This document shows positions 41,409 through 52,230 of a DNA stretch of 52,670 nucleotides, one piece after another (position 1 is the stretch's first letter; the number at the start of each line of letters is the position of its first letter). Made by a program: the position numbers and the translations under genes. The stretch is from Chloroflexota bacterium (GTDB lineage Bacteria; Chloroflexota; Dehalococcoidia; Lucifugimonadales; GCA-2717565). The stretch spans positions 1 through 52,670 of the forward strand of contig PBAZ01000020.1 in NCBI GenBank assembly GCA_002717565.1. The letters are read 5' to 3'. The notes below the pieces were generated by a model. That model ran no database searches. It had not been told where the DNA came from and saw nothing but the letters and a program-made list of their open reading frames with translations.

Positions 41409-43039
41409 AAAAGGCCGACCTCACCGGGCTCGACCCCCGATATCATCAATTCTTTGAGGGAATGGCTATAGAACAACAAGGGTTTGTGAATCTCAGCGAT
41501 GTTCTGGAGACAATTCACAATCGAATGGACAACGCTGAAGGAAAAAAGCTGCAAAAATGGTATCAAGGCAAGCTCGTACAACAAGCATTAGAGGACTGGG
41601 CAGCACCCATCTCCATTCAAGAGCAAGAGAATCTGCCATCATTTCCTGTAAACGCATTGCCAAAGTGGATGTCCGAATGGGCGTCTCATGCAGCAGAAGC
41701 ATATCAAGTTCAGGTTGACCTGCCCGCCATCATAGCCCTTGGGCTTTATGCTGGCAGCATAGCCAGAAGGGTCCGAGTCAATCCAGCCCCTGGTTGGTTT
41801 GAGGAGGTCAACCTGTACCAAATGATTGTCTCGCCACCGGGAGAAGGGAAATCGCCTGTTTTCTCAGAAGCAAAAATACCTCTCGCCAAAACCGAAGAGG
41901 CTCTTGCAGAATTCATGCGACCGGAAATAGCCAAAAAAATCGCAGAGAAAGTATCAACAGAAGAACAACTCAAACATCAAGAAAAAGCGTTAGCACGGGA
42001 GACGGACCCCAACCAAAGGGCGATCATACTCTCCGAGTGTGCAAAAATGAGAACAAGTCTCTACGAGATGGGACAAATCTCAGAGACCCGGCTTTATTGC
42101 GACGACACAACACCAGAGCGACTTGTAACTCTGATGGCAGCAAACAATGGTCGAATGATAATGCCTAGCTCAGAGAGTGATGGGTTGCTCACCGCTATTG
42201 GCCGGTATGGAGATTCCCCCAATCTAGGGGTTCTGCTAAAGGCTTGGAGTGGCGAGGAGTGTCGAGTCGATAGAGCAACAAGCGAGTCGACAATCATCAA
42301 AAAACCATCCCTAAACATCCTCATTACTGTACAACCACAAGCAGCAGAAGACCTCTTGAATATCCATGGATTCAAGGGGCGAGGATTAGCAGATCGATTC
42401 CTGTACTCAATCCCCCGCTTAATGTCTGGCAAAAGGAATTCTAGGCCCAAGCCCATTCCAGAAAGCGTGAGAAAACAATACGAAGGCTATATGGCAGCTA
42501 GTTGGAGCATGATTGACGAGGGAGAGCCACAAACATTGAGTCTATCCGAAGATGCCTCAATAGCTTGGCACAAATTCATCGACTGGATGGAACCCAAGCT
42601 CTCGCCTGATGGCGAACTTTCGCCTATATCAGGATGGGCAAACAAACTCAAGTCTTATTCAGTACGATTCGCCGGGATTATCAGCATGGCATCCCAGCCA
42701 GAAGCCAAGATCGTCAGGAAAAAGGACATGGAGGCAGCTATCGAGATCTGCAAATACTATATCTCTCACACATACAAGCTTCTTTCGCAAGAACCCAAGG
42801 AAGACTTAATCCAGTTAGCCATGAAAATCTCATCGTGGATAAAGCGATACCGTCACACCCAAGTTTCAACAAAGCAAGTGACCAAGGCTTTTTCACATGT
42901 GGCGAATGAGATCGAGATAGACAAAGGACTCGAAATCCTAGAGAAATACAATCAGGTTCGTCTCGACCCACAAACAGATCAATACCTCAACAAGCACTGG
43001 ACAGTTAATCCACTACTTTTAGCACTTTACTGGTACTAA
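41405..43039 (+). CDS. DUF3987-like P-loop protein (putative replicative helicase / replication initiator)
   Basis: 544 aa. Walker-A-like VSPPGEGKSPVF in the middle of the protein, as in YfjI/DUF3987-type proteins of phages and plasmids. It occupies the slot that holds 5402..7553 in segment A. Confidence 0.5.
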   Translation: MKKADLTGLDPRYHQFFEGMAIEQQGFVNLSDVLETIHNRMDNAEGKKLQKWYQGKLVQQALEDWAAPISIQEQENLPSFPVNALPKWMSEWASHAAEAYQVQVDLPAIIALGLYAGSIARRVRVNPAPGWFEEVNLYQMIVSPPGEGKSPVFSEAKIPLAKTEEALAEFMRPEIAKKIAEKVSTEEQLKHQEKALARETDPNQRAIILSECAKMRTSLYEMGQISETRLYCDDTTPERLVTLMAANNGRMIMPSSESDGLLTAIGRYGDSPNLGVLLKAWSGEECRVDRATSESTIIKKPSLNILITVQPQAAEDLLNIHGFKGRGLADRFLYSIPRLMSGKRNSRPKPIPESVRKQYEGYMAASWSMIDEGEPQTLSLSEDASIAWHKFIDWMEPKLSPDGELSPISGWANKLKSYSVRFAGIISMASQPEAKIVRKKDMEAAIEICKYYISHTYKLLSQEPKEDLIQLAMKISSWIKRYRHTQVSTKQVTKAFSHVANEIEIDKGLEILEKYNQVRLDPQTDQYLNKHWTVNPLLLALYWY

Positions 43040-46000
43040 CGACCCGAATAAATATCAGACAGGGATCGGCTTGGGATTGGGCCCGGTAAACCCAGTCCCG
43101 AGCCTCTTTGATACGTGGGCCGATCCGGTGATCCAGACGATTTCTTGGAATAGTAGCTCTTTCTCGCAGCACGATACGCCTTGAGAAGCTCCGTTATATC
43201 TTCAGGAGTTTCTCCTGTCGAATAAAACCGACTCATCTGCTTAACTTGACCACTCATATGTGCTGCCTTGACTGCCTTCTGAAGCACCCGCATCAACTCT
43301 TCTCGCTCATCAACATCTTTTATCTTTATGCCTGTTGCAGAGTTGATTACCCGATGCCACCAGTCCTTCTCTTTATCAAAAAGCTTCCCAATCTCATCAG
43401 ACAACCTGTTGAGTCCGACTGAAGTGGAAAGCGGGTGATACCACTTGTCTACCTGGTAATAGGGGGTTCCATCCCTCTTTATTTTCTCTGTCAACAACCC
43501 GGCATTCACAGCAGCTTGCCTAAACGGAGATCTCAGCATCCAGTCGGGAGCCTCTCGGTGAGCGAAAAATGGCTTATCTCGGAAGAAGTTTCTATCCCCT
43601 ATGAACTCAAAGAAAGTCCTGATTACTGGGTGTAATCGTGCGCCTATCTGCTGCTGACTCCATCGACGAAGCTTCATCGGATCAGCAATGTCTGTTGCCA
43701 CAGGCTCCATTAGGTTCTCCAACTCCTCGTGAATAATCCCGAAAGAAGAGATAAACCTTACCCTGCCGTCCTCGCCCTCATCCAGTGGTATTGCGAAAGA
43801 CTTGATGAGATAGTCAGGAGCGATCACTCCACTTCCACTATGCGTTTTCTGCATGATGTTCAGCATATACGAGAACGGCAAAACATCCTTTGGGTTGTTT
43901 AACGCTGCATTTATTAGTCGAGGCGAAGTCCCTATTCTGAAGCGCACAAACGGCATCCAGTCCCGAAGCATTCTGTCAGCTTCAGACACATAGTGATAAT
44001 TAATGTGAGCAGCATTTACTCGACGAACTGCTGCCTTGACATCTACGCCTGCCTCAAGAAGCGACATGAAAGAGTTAATACGAAGAGTATCTTCTGCTGC
44101 CGATGCTAACTGAAGAGGCAACATATTTGTTTTAGCATTCCGATAGAACCAAGTTGGAACTCTCTTCAGATTCTTGGGGCTTATGTCTGCACCACGACCA
44201 ATCATGCTCATGATCATTGGGATAAAAGCTTCAGGCTCCGACACCTCCTGCTTCAGCCTTTCAACTGTAGCGAAGTCGGTTCCAACGACCCCGTGCTTCT
44301 TTATCAGCTTTGTCACCTTTGTCAGCGGGATGTTCCCTACAGAAAGATTTAGTTTCTCCAATTCTTTCATTGCAAATTGAACATCAGCTTGATCTTTACC
44401 CAACGCTCTCCGCATAAGGGAAACGCCACGAGCCTTGTTCGACATTGGCACTTTCCCAGCAATCCACCGAGTCAGTGGGAAATCATGCAATACTGCCATA
44501 GCAGGTCTTACCGCATCGGCTGCTCTCATCTCTGGATCAGTCATCGCTTGCAGCATCCCGCCAACAATATTTCTAGAGGTGAAAGACGGGAACGGCAAAC
44601 CAAGAACACCAAAGGTCAAGGACATGCGAATAAACTCATTCAGCTTCGCAAAGCTTCTTGAGACACCTTTCCTCGGCGCAAGCCCAATCGCATACTCCTG
44701 CACAAACTTCTGAATGTTTAAAGTGTCCTCTGGGTAATGAAAACCGATGGGCTCTTTGATATAGACCCCTGCCTCCTCGGCACTCTCGACCCTACGCATT
44801 CCCCAGTCGACATCCGAATGCTTGAGGACAGTACCAACACCTCGTCTCTGATCCCTTTGCAACCTTGAGAGGAACTCATCAACAACAGGCTCAAGCCTCC
44901 CTGTACCAAAGGCTTCTGCGGATTTCTCTGCAAATATCCCTGCCTCATGCTCAACCTCGTGGGGCAAGATTCTTCTACCCACCTTCGGTGACCCAAACAA
45001 CGATGCCATTCGGCGGACAAACTTCGAGTCATACTTTAGGCGATTAAACGCCTCTCCACGAGATAACAACAGATCAATCAAATCATCTTTTACCACATCC
45101 TCTGTCGGTGTAATCCCAAGCTCTTCCGACATCTGAATCAAAGCTCTTCTGTAATCCTCTGACGTGACCGCTGTCCTTCGCTTTTCATATTTACTCGTCA
45201 ATGCCCCCAACCGAGCCATGAGCATCTTGATTATCTTGGGGTCTTGAGCATTTATCGACGACAGAATATTGGCAAGCTCATCACTTACTTGACGGGGCAT
45301 ATACAAAAGAAGTTCTAGTCGAGTAACCCCAGTTGGAAGTGCGCCCAAGGCTTGAGTCTGCCTTAGAATCTTTTTGTTAAAACTAGCCACATAGTTCAGA
45401 GCGTCCTTAATCCTTCTCGGATTCATCTCTGGATAAAGACGACTTACCTCATGAAACATCTGTCGGTGCTGATAATTCAAAGCCCCAGAATCAATCATCT
45501 TGTCGATTGAATCCGAGTATGCTCTAAGCATACCTGGCTTCTTGAAATAACTTTTCTCTCCGCTTTCCAGAGACGAAACAATCGATCTTTTCAGAGCGTC
45601 GACCTGACTCTTTGCAGCATCCTTTAACTCTTTCGCTATGGTTTCCGGCCTCTTGGTACGACTACGCCAACGGAAGCCAGTACCTCGAACTGCATGCTTT
45701 AAATCCGGAACAAGCTTTTGAAAAATCATTTGCACTGAATGACTCGGCTTGTATTTGCCGGCGGTAAACAGTCGACTCATCAGTTCCTTGGCTTTGTGCC
45801 AGACTTTCTCGAAGTAGAACACCAAAGTTTTAGAGAAAGTCATTCCTTCAGATAGCCACCGAGCAAATTCTTCCGCAAAGAACTCTCTAACGTCTTCTGT
45901 CCCTGACAGCCCCTTCTCTCTTGCTGCCTTGTGTGCCCTCCCAATAACCCCATGGTCTGTTGTGCTCAACATGGCGTGATAACCAGCATGACCTAGCTCG

Positions 46001-49000
46001 TGGGAAAATGTGCTAACTGTTTGTTCATCGGTAAAGATCCCAACAACACGGGAAGCTGACTCCTCTGGCGACTCGAAATAGAATCCCCGTGGATCACCGG
46101 GTCTACGTTTTGACTTGCGCTTCTTTCGTATCGCCTTGAAAGCAGGTCGCAATTCTTTGGGAACAGTACCAAGGTGTACGCCTTCCTTTCTCGCAACAAA
46201 CCGAAGATCCCCAATCGGCCGCTTTTTCGAAGCTTTTCCAAATACCCGACGGTCAAACAAGTCAGCAACAAGGAACATTGCCCAGAATTCGTCGTGTTCT
46301 AGATGACCCTTTACCCGGTTGTCGATCATCTCTAGGAGGAAATTGGCTTTAGCCTTATACTTCTTGCCAGCATAGAGAGACCCAACTCTCTCGATGATAG
46401 CCTTAGACCATTCCTCTCGATCCCCCATTTTCTCGGTGGAGATTCCGCCCCAAAACCCCTGGCGATCTGTAACCTGTTTGTTAAGCCTACTGACTTCCTT
46501 CTCCCAGTTCAGTATTCCCCCCTCAAGACCACTAATCGAGTCCTCTAACTCCTTTTTCATACTCCTTATTCTGTTACCAGCCCTAGTCTCCTCCGCCTTG
46601 AGCTTTGGAATTTCTTTCCGAAGACTTCTGATCTCTTTCGCTACGTTAGTTTTCGACCTTCCGATAATCTGCTCGGAACTTAATTCAGGGAATTCAGTAA
46701 TCTCAATTCGTCCCTGAAGCGGTTTCTTCCGAAAGGCATTCTCAAAAGCCCTTTGGTCAAGAGGTCTCTTTGTAAGAATAGATGGAGCATGAACCTTTGT
46801 AATTACATAGTGCTTCTCTGGCCTAAGTCGACGAGGATCATCCCAGGCCCCAACCTTAATTGTCTTCCCGGTGAAAAGAGGCCAAGCCCCCTCTGAAGGA
46901 GTAATGTCCTTCATAAACTCAGAGCCGACCTTGATCCTTTCGTCAAACTTAATGCCCAAGTCATCCATCCACGCAATCGTTGCGTCATAAAGCTCACGCT
47001 CAAGTGGAGTCAATAAGCCTCGATGAGGATACTTATGCACCATACCCCAAACGGCATAGGCAGCATCAACTACATCACCTTCTTCCAAAAAAACAGCCCG
47101 ATATGCACGGTCAGTAAACTTGTCAATTACCTTCTTTTCTTTTGGAGTAAGCTTTCTCGCCCTTGTCTTTCTGGGTTTTGCCGCCTTCTCTCGACCCTTG
47201 TCGAGTATCCGAAATTGTGGGTCTTCAAGAAGAGTCTCTAACCTCTTTTCAAGCCCCTCTCGTATTAATGTGTTCTCTATAAGATCTGCCTGAGCCCCCC
47301 CAACCTCATAAACCAACCTTTCTTTAGCCTCATGCAAAGACAATCGCATGGAGTCGAGTACTTTAACGGCCTCATCCAAGGCAATTCTATCCTCAGGGGG
47401 AACCCCATACTGCTCTGGGATTATATCTACCCGATCCTCTCTTACCTCGGCCCAGCGATTCGACCATGCCTCAGGGTAAGCTGTCATCTTTGCCTCTTTG
47501 GCCATCTTTGCAGTGGCTTGTTCCACTGCCTCAATGAAACCACTACGCTTAAAGATGTCCTCCAGAAATTCGTCTACAGCATTAAGCTTATAAGCCTCCA
47601 ACAAATCCGTTATAAATTTTGCCTTACCGTACTGGCTAATAATTACCGATAGGAATTCTTTTCCCAGATAGTCTGGAAGATTCGATCTCCCCCTTCTCAG
47701 CGATGTCAAGAAGTCCTCAACAAACCCCCTCATATCGATCAATGAATCTGTATCAATAAACGTCTCTCCAAGGTGAAGCTTGATTCTTTCTGCAACACGC
47801 TTTTGAACTAGAGTCTTCCGGCCTTTGTTGCCCGAAATAACCGTGTTTAGCGCAGACTCAGCAAGCTCGTGATCTGGGTGCATGTTATGTCTCTTGGCAA
47901 CCATATCAACAACCCTAGCCCACTGGTCCTTGAACCCCTCCTTCCACCCTTTTTCCCAACCCTTAACACCCCTCCAGATGGAATCCCAGTCAGCTTCTTT
48001 ATCTATACTCTTAATCTCGAACCGAAGATCTCGCTTGAACCCCGCCATTTGCTCTTTTGCAGTAGCGTTGTCAAACCGAACCATTGGTCTTTTGATCTTT
48101 GATCCAAACGCTGGCAGATATTCTTTTGTGTGTTCTCCGAAAATCCAATCCCGAAATTCTATACCCGGTTTTATTTCCTCTACCTTTTTGAACTTGTCAA
48201 GAACGGATTCAGTAGCCTCTGCTACACGGACTTCTGCACCAACCATAAACCCGACGAATTCCTCAAAGGTATTGAAAGCATCAGGAGGAACATTCTCCCC
48301 ATAAAACGGACCTTTAGTCCAAGCCCTCTGAGCATAAAGCTCTTCCAGCTTAGGCAGGTCAACGTAAACTAGCTTTCTGTCCTTCCAAACATTGATGGCT
48401 CCGAGAGTGCCCTGATCATGAACGCTTGGGCCCTTCCTGGTCAACCCAACATCCTTATACACTACGCTGTAATATTTGCTCCCAAAGTGAAGTGTCTTTG
48501 ATGTAGTGCGAGGATAAGCGGCAATCTTAGTCCCAAGAGGCATCTTCCTTGGAGAGTAAGTCTTCTCAAATTCGAGAATATCATTTACCGCTCTTATCAA
48601 CTGATCTGACATTTTATGAGTAGCGTGAACAATCGACTTGCCCACTTCTTCAGGAATGTCGCTCAAGTTCCTGCCCAAAGAACGAGCAAGCTGGGTATTC
48701 GCAGAATAAAGCTCTTGTTTCGTTATCTCGGCAGCATCAGTTGCCAGCTTATGCTCTGCCCTTCCCTTGATACCATAAAGCCCCTTCTTGAATAGATTGT
48801 TGCCAATCCACTTAAGCCCACTCTCTATGAGATCCGTTGTTCCTGGGGAAATCTTTCTTAACCCACGACGATAAGCCAACCCCGGAAGGCTTCTCCCAAT
48901 AAGCCCGTATGGACCTGGGTCCAAAAACCCAGTCCCCCCCCAAATCGGGTGATCCTTTGTCTTAATAAATGGATAGCGAGCGTGATGACCCCCAACCGTC

Positions 49001-50016
49001 TTATGACCAATAAGCTTTTGGGTATCCTTGTAGTATTCCGGTTGACGAGTGAGTCTCTTTTCTACCCTCCTGGCAATCGGGCTAATCGGCCAAGGTATAT
49101 CAATTCCAATACCAGCACGTTCAAGCAATCCCTCCTGCCGTAAACCCTCAAGAGTATTCTCTAAGAGATCCCCTCCCCTACCCTTCTCCTTTGACAAACT
49201 AGACATGGATCGCCCAAGACGATCCTCCAGAATCTCCTGGGCAGCTTTCTGCCTTGAAGATCTCTGCATCGACAGAAGAACCTCTGGATGCTCCTCCAAT
49301 CCCTTCTTTGAAAGCCTTTTCAGTCTATCCAGATACTTGGGATGCTCCTTCATCCTGGCAAAAACATTAGACGATCTTTCGAGAATCGCCTGCGTCCCTC
49401 GGTTTGTCGCCATGAATGCGGTAAGAAGCTCGTCTCTGGGAAGCTTGCCCGTTCTCTTGAATATGTCAGCAAGGAACGGCACCGCTTTGCCAGCAAACTT
49501 TGTATAAACCAGAGGGTCAGAGAAAACTCCCCCAGCAAGATCTAACCCAAAACGAGCAAACTTGTTCTCTGGAACCCATCGCTGAAGCCCAACATTCTCC
49601 ATCGACTCAGTAAATGTCGGACGTTCCCAGGGTTCGGTAATCCCGCCCCCGGTAACCTTGGTATAAACCCCCGTAATTGGGTCAAGGGTAAAAAGACTCC
49701 CTGCCATTTCTACGAGGTTCTTGGCAGCAGCCCCCAGGTATTTCGGTTCAAACTGAGAATGCTTACTTGCTGCTGTACCGAGTGCTGTACCTATATTCTG
49801 GACAGCATAACCTAGCCCACCAACCGTCTTTCCAAATCGCTCTAAAAACCCAGGACGCTCATCTTCCTTTACCTCGGAATAGACCCCCCTCATACCCGGA
49901 TCTAATTCACGAGATCCAGTAGTCTTTCCGTAAGAAGGAAGACCCAATCCACTTGATCCTCCAAATCTCAGGCCCAATCCACTGCTAGGGTCATCCGACC
50001 CAAAGCGAAGCCCCAC
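43036..50016 (-). CDS. giant virion-associated (polyvalent-type) protein with internal HExxH metallopeptidase-like region
   Basis: 2326 aa. Its ends and several blocks are homologous to 7468..11622. About 940 extra residues include ...TVSTFSHELGHAGYHAM...REFFAEEFARWL (HELGH encoded at 45988-46002, His at about residue 1339). Confidence 0.6.
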   Translation of the reverse strand: MGLRFGSDDPSSGLGLRFGGSSGLGLPSYGKTTGSRELDPGMRGVYSEVKEDERPGFLERFGKTVGGLGYAVQNIGTALGTAASKHSQFEPKYLGAAAKNLVEMAGSLFTLDPITGVYTKVTGGGITEPWERPTFTESMENVGLQRWVPENKFARFGLDLAGGVFSDPLVYTKFAGKAVPFLADIFKRTGKLPRDELLTAFMATNRGTQAILERSSNVFARMKEHPKYLDRLKRLSKKGLEEHPEVLLSMQRSSRQKAAQEILEDRLGRSMSSLSKEKGRGGDLLENTLEGLRQEGLLERAGIGIDIPWPISPIARRVEKRLTRQPEYYKDTQKLIGHKTVGGHHARYPFIKTKDHPIWGGTGFLDPGPYGLIGRSLPGLAYRRGLRKISPGTTDLIESGLKWIGNNLFKKGLYGIKGRAEHKLATDAAEITKQELYSANTQLARSLGRNLSDIPEEVGKSIVHATHKMSDQLIRAVNDILEFEKTYSPRKMPLGTKIAAYPRTTSKTLHFGSKYYSVVYKDVGLTRKGPSVHDQGTLGAINVWKDRKLVYVDLPKLEELYAQRAWTKGPFYGENVPPDAFNTFEEFVGFMVGAEVRVAEATESVLDKFKKVEEIKPGIEFRDWIFGEHTKEYLPAFGSKIKRPMVRFDNATAKEQMAGFKRDLRFEIKSIDKEADWDSIWRGVKGWEKGWKEGFKDQWARVVDMVAKRHNMHPDHELAESALNTVISGNKGRKTLVQKRVAERIKLHLGETFIDTDSLIDMRGFVEDFLTSLRRGRSNLPDYLGKEFLSVIISQYGKAKFITDLLEAYKLNAVDEFLEDIFKRSGFIEAVEQATAKMAKEAKMTAYPEAWSNRWAEVREDRVDIIPEQYGVPPEDRIALDEAVKVLDSMRLSLHEAKERLVYEVGGAQADLIENTLIREGLEKRLETLLEDPQFRILDKGREKAAKPRKTRARKLTPKEKKVIDKFTDRAYRAVFLEEGDVVDAAYAVWGMVHKYPHRGLLTPLERELYDATIAWMDDLGIKFDERIKVGSEFMKDITPSEGAWPLFTGKTIKVGAWDDPRRLRPEKHYVITKVHAPSILTKRPLDQRAFENAFRKKPLQGRIEITEFPELSSEQIIGRSKTNVAKEIRSLRKEIPKLKAEETRAGNRIRSMKKELEDSISGLEGGILNWEKEVSRLNKQVTDRQGFWGGISTEKMGDREEWSKAIIERVGSLYAGKKYKAKANFLLEMIDNRVKGHLEHDEFWAMFLVADLFDRRVFGKASKKRPIGDLRFVARKEGVHLGTVPKELRPAFKAIRKKRKSKRRPGDPRGFYFESPEESASRVVGIFTDEQTVSTFSHELGHAGYHAMLSTTDHGVIGRAHKAAREKGLSGTEDVREFFAEEFARWLSEGMTFSKTLVFYFEKVWHKAKELMSRLFTAGKYKPSHSVQMIFQKLVPDLKHAVRGTGFRWRSRTKRPETIAKELKDAAKSQVDALKRSIVSSLESGEKSYFKKPGMLRAYSDSIDKMIDSGALNYQHRQMFHEVSRLYPEMNPRRIKDALNYVASFNKKILRQTQALGALPTGVTRLELLLYMPRQVSDELANILSSINAQDPKIIKMLMARLGALTSKYEKRRTAVTSEDYRRALIQMSEELGITPTEDVVKDDLIDLLLSRGEAFNRLKYDSKFVRRMASLFGSPKVGRRILPHEVEHEAGIFAEKSAEAFGTGRLEPVVDEFLSRLQRDQRRGVGTVLKHSDVDWGMRRVESAEEAGVYIKEPIGFHYPEDTLNIQKFVQEYAIGLAPRKGVSRSFAKLNEFIRMSLTFGVLGLPFPSFTSRNIVGGMLQAMTDPEMRAADAVRPAMAVLHDFPLTRWIAGKVPMSNKARGVSLMRRALGKDQADVQFAMKELEKLNLSVGNIPLTKVTKLIKKHGVVGTDFATVERLKQEVSEPEAFIPMIMSMIGRGADISPKNLKRVPTWFYRNAKTNMLPLQLASAAEDTLRINSFMSLLEAGVDVKAAVRRVNAAHINYHYVSEADRMLRDWMPFVRFRIGTSPRLINAALNNPKDVLPFSYMLNIMQKTHSGSGVIAPDYLIKSFAIPLDEGEDGRVRFISSFGIIHEELENLMEPVATDIADPMKLRRWSQQQIGARLHPVIRTFFEFIGDRNFFRDKPFFAHREAPDWMLRSPFRQAAVNAGLLTEKIKRDGTPYYQVDKWYHPLSTSVGLNRLSDEIGKLFDKEKDWWHRVINSATGIKIKDVDEREELMRVLQKAVKAAHMSGQVKQMSRFYSTGETPEDITELLKAYRAARKSYYSKKSSGSPDRPTYQRGSGLGLPGPIPSRSLSDIYSGR

Positions 50017-50019
50017 AGG

Positions 50020-50310
50020 TTAGACCATCCGGCCTTGACCCTGCATAGCAGCAAGAATGGCTTCTTCTTCAGGACCAAGGCGACCAGCCATGCCTTCATC
50101 ACCAACCGGAGGACCGGCTGGAGCCATTCCGCCCCCGCCCATTCCCATAGGCATAGGCGGACCTGCTTGCCCCATACCGGCAAGTATATCTTCCTCTGTC
50201 GTTATGGGCATCTCCCCCTCAAGACCATAGCCAGATTCATCCGTCATCCTTTGAAGGATAGCATGAAGATCCTTCCACATTCCCATTATCATTCCCTGAT
50301 TCTCAGGCAT
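50020..50310 (-). CDS. Gly/Pro/Met-rich small virion-module protein (counterpart of 11627..11938)
   Basis: 96 aa. Same position and similar composition. Confidence 0.5.
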   Translation of the reverse strand: MPENQGMIMGMWKDLHAILQRMTDESGYGLEGEMPITTEEDILAGMGQAGPPMPMGMGGGGMAPAGPPVGDEGMAGRLGPEEEAILAAMQGQGRMV

Positions 50311-50321
50311 ATCCCTATCCC

Positions 50322-51500
50322 TTATTTAGAAGAAAACTTATTGACCGCAACGGCATAGGCCAACTGAAATTGTTTAGAGCGCTGTGTTCTAATCTCTGGC
50401 GGACCGTGCCTCCCAGCATCAACGTATTGAAAAATATTTTCCATCACATTTGAGTTACTCAAAAATTCAGAAAAAGACATACGAAGAGCAGACTCCATCT
50501 CATTGGAAAGTCTACCAATTTGTCCTTCCACTCTACGCCTCAGATCAGCGACAGTCCTCTCTATAGCGGCAGATATTACAGGGGTTACATCCTTGTTCCA
50601 ATCCCTAAGTGAACGATTCAGGTTCAAACCAATACTGGCAGCGGAAGTAACAACTAATGGGTCAAACAGCGTCGACGCCTTAGCTATTTTCGCCATCGTC
50701 TCCTCTGGAGTCGGTCCCCTTAAAGCCTTGTCTAACCGAATCCCTTCTACCACCCCCCTCTTCTTGACATTATCCTCCTCGGCTCTCTGTTGTTCGAGCT
50801 TCCTCCTTAGAAACTCGCTATTCATATCCCTCATCTTAATCACATCTTCTACGGGGACTCGAATAGCATGATCATATTTCGCGTCTTCTATCCTCTGCCT
50901 ATCTTCATATTCCCTTTTGCCAACACTATACTCCCTCACTTTGGGCATTCCAGGGGGATCGACCGCTCTCCTGGCAGCATCCTTTTTGCCCAATGCCCCC
51001 AGAGCAGCACCCTGTGCAAAATCAGGTAAGGCTCCCTCTTTATTCAGGTAATCCTTCATGGCATCAGCGTCTAGTAGCCAGGGACGCCATTTCCTTCTTT
51101 TCTCTTCCTTTTCTGTTAACCGATTCGCCGCCGCCCGTGCTTCATCTTCCCGCCCAGCCCGAAACCTCTCTATTTCAAGCTCCTGCCTTCTATCTCTATA
51201 CTTCTTATCCATCATATGCTCAAGAAGCGCCTGTTCTTGTGCTTTTATCTCGTGTTCTCGTTGCCGATTAAGCAACTCTATGGGGATCTCTCTTGCCCAC
51301 TGTCGACGAGCGTCTTCCTCAATCAGGGCATGCTTTTGTTCGCTCAAGCGTTGAGCAGCAGCCAATCTTTCCGCTTCAGCTTCCGCTCTCATTCGATCAA
51401 CCTGCGCTCTCCCCGCAGAGATCTCTGCCTGATACTCTTCTGGCTTATAGTCCCCGTAAAGCGCACGAGGAGTAATTGTCCAGGCTTTATATGGTGGCAT
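50322..51500 (-). CDS. Arg/Glu-rich coiled-coil virion-module protein (homolog of 11942..13429)
   Basis: 392 aa. The N-terminus is conserved (MPPYKAWT...). Confidence 0.6.
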   Translation of the reverse strand: MPPYKAWTITPRALYGDYKPEEYQAEISAGRAQVDRMRAEAEAERLAAAQRLSEQKHALIEEDARRQWAREIPIELLNRQREHEIKAQEQALLEHMMDKKYRDRRQELEIERFRAGREDEARAAANRLTEKEEKRRKWRPWLLDADAMKDYLNKEGALPDFAQGAALGALGKKDAARRAVDPPGMPKVREYSVGKREYEDRQRIEDAKYDHAIRVPVEDVIKMRDMNSEFLRRKLEQQRAEEDNVKKRGVVEGIRLDKALRGPTPEETMAKIAKASTLFDPLVVTSAASIGLNLNRSLRDWNKDVTPVISAAIERTVADLRRRVEGQIGRLSNEMESALRMSFSEFLSNSNVMENIFQYVDAGRHGPPEIRTQRSKQFQLAYAVAVNKFSSK

Positions 51501-51509
51501 TTCTATCTC

Positions 51510-52211
51510 CTAAACATTCGGGAACGATTGCCCGAATCTTTCTCTTGATTCCTGTAAGGTGAAAGGTTGTGCAGCAGCAGCACGACCAGAAGCCACACCA
51601 AGGCCAAGATTGCCAGCAGCAGCCATGGCTTGTTGAGCGTTCCTGATCATGTTCCCAGCTATGCCCGCCCTTGCAGCATCAAGTGCTGCTGCCCTTTCAT
51701 GTCCATACTTTTCTTTCCCATGAGCAAGTGTGCTTTTTGCTAGTTGCCCAGTAGCCCCAATCCCCGCCGAACCAGCAACATTTGCCAAATTAGCCATATT
51801 CGACTTGTACCTTTGATCCCAAGCACGTTCAACCTGCTTGTTTAGCAAGCCCTTCTGCTCTTCATTTAGAGCAGGCATTTGCCCAGCAACTTCAGGCAAC
51901 ATTTGCTTGATGTACTTGTCAACAAGAGCAAGCGTCTGGTCCTGACCCATGCGGTCTTCGCCACGCTTAATCGCTTTGTAACCCAACTCTTGTTCCCTTT
52001 TGGCATCACCCAGGTATTTACCCGATTTTCCACCAAATGGATTACCTGCACCTAGCCACCCATGCGCTTGAAACCCAGGGGTAAATGTAATTTTCCCCCT
52101 CCTGCCTGTCGAGCCCTGCTTCCCCACACGCCAACTACTGCCACCGCTGCTTCTTTTTGATGGCTTGTATCGATGAGCAGTGTTAATGTCGAACGGATTT
52201 GCTTTTGCCAT
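51510..52211 (-). CDS. Gly/Ala-rich virion-module protein (homolog of 13468..14604)
   Basis: 233 aa. C-terminal similarity, same position. Confidence 0.55.
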   Translation of the reverse strand: MAKANPFDINTAHRYKPSKRSSGGSSWRVGKQGSTGRRGKITFTPGFQAHGWLGAGNPFGGKSGKYLGDAKREQELGYKAIKRGEDRMGQDQTLALVDKYIKQMLPEVAGQMPALNEEQKGLLNKQVERAWDQRYKSNMANLANVAGSAGIGATGQLAKSTLAHGKEKYGHERAAALDAARAGIAGNMIRNAQQAMAAAGNLGLGVASGRAAAAQPFTLQESRERFGQSFPNV

Positions 52212-52230
52212 GATTTATCCCTTATCGGTA

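Noticed and set aside
36792-43039. Genome-wide TGA reassignment in segment B
   Set aside because: Several genes in the segment end at TGA exactly where the next gene starts (for example 30858, 31348, 33411 and 34563). Only one in-frame TGA was found.
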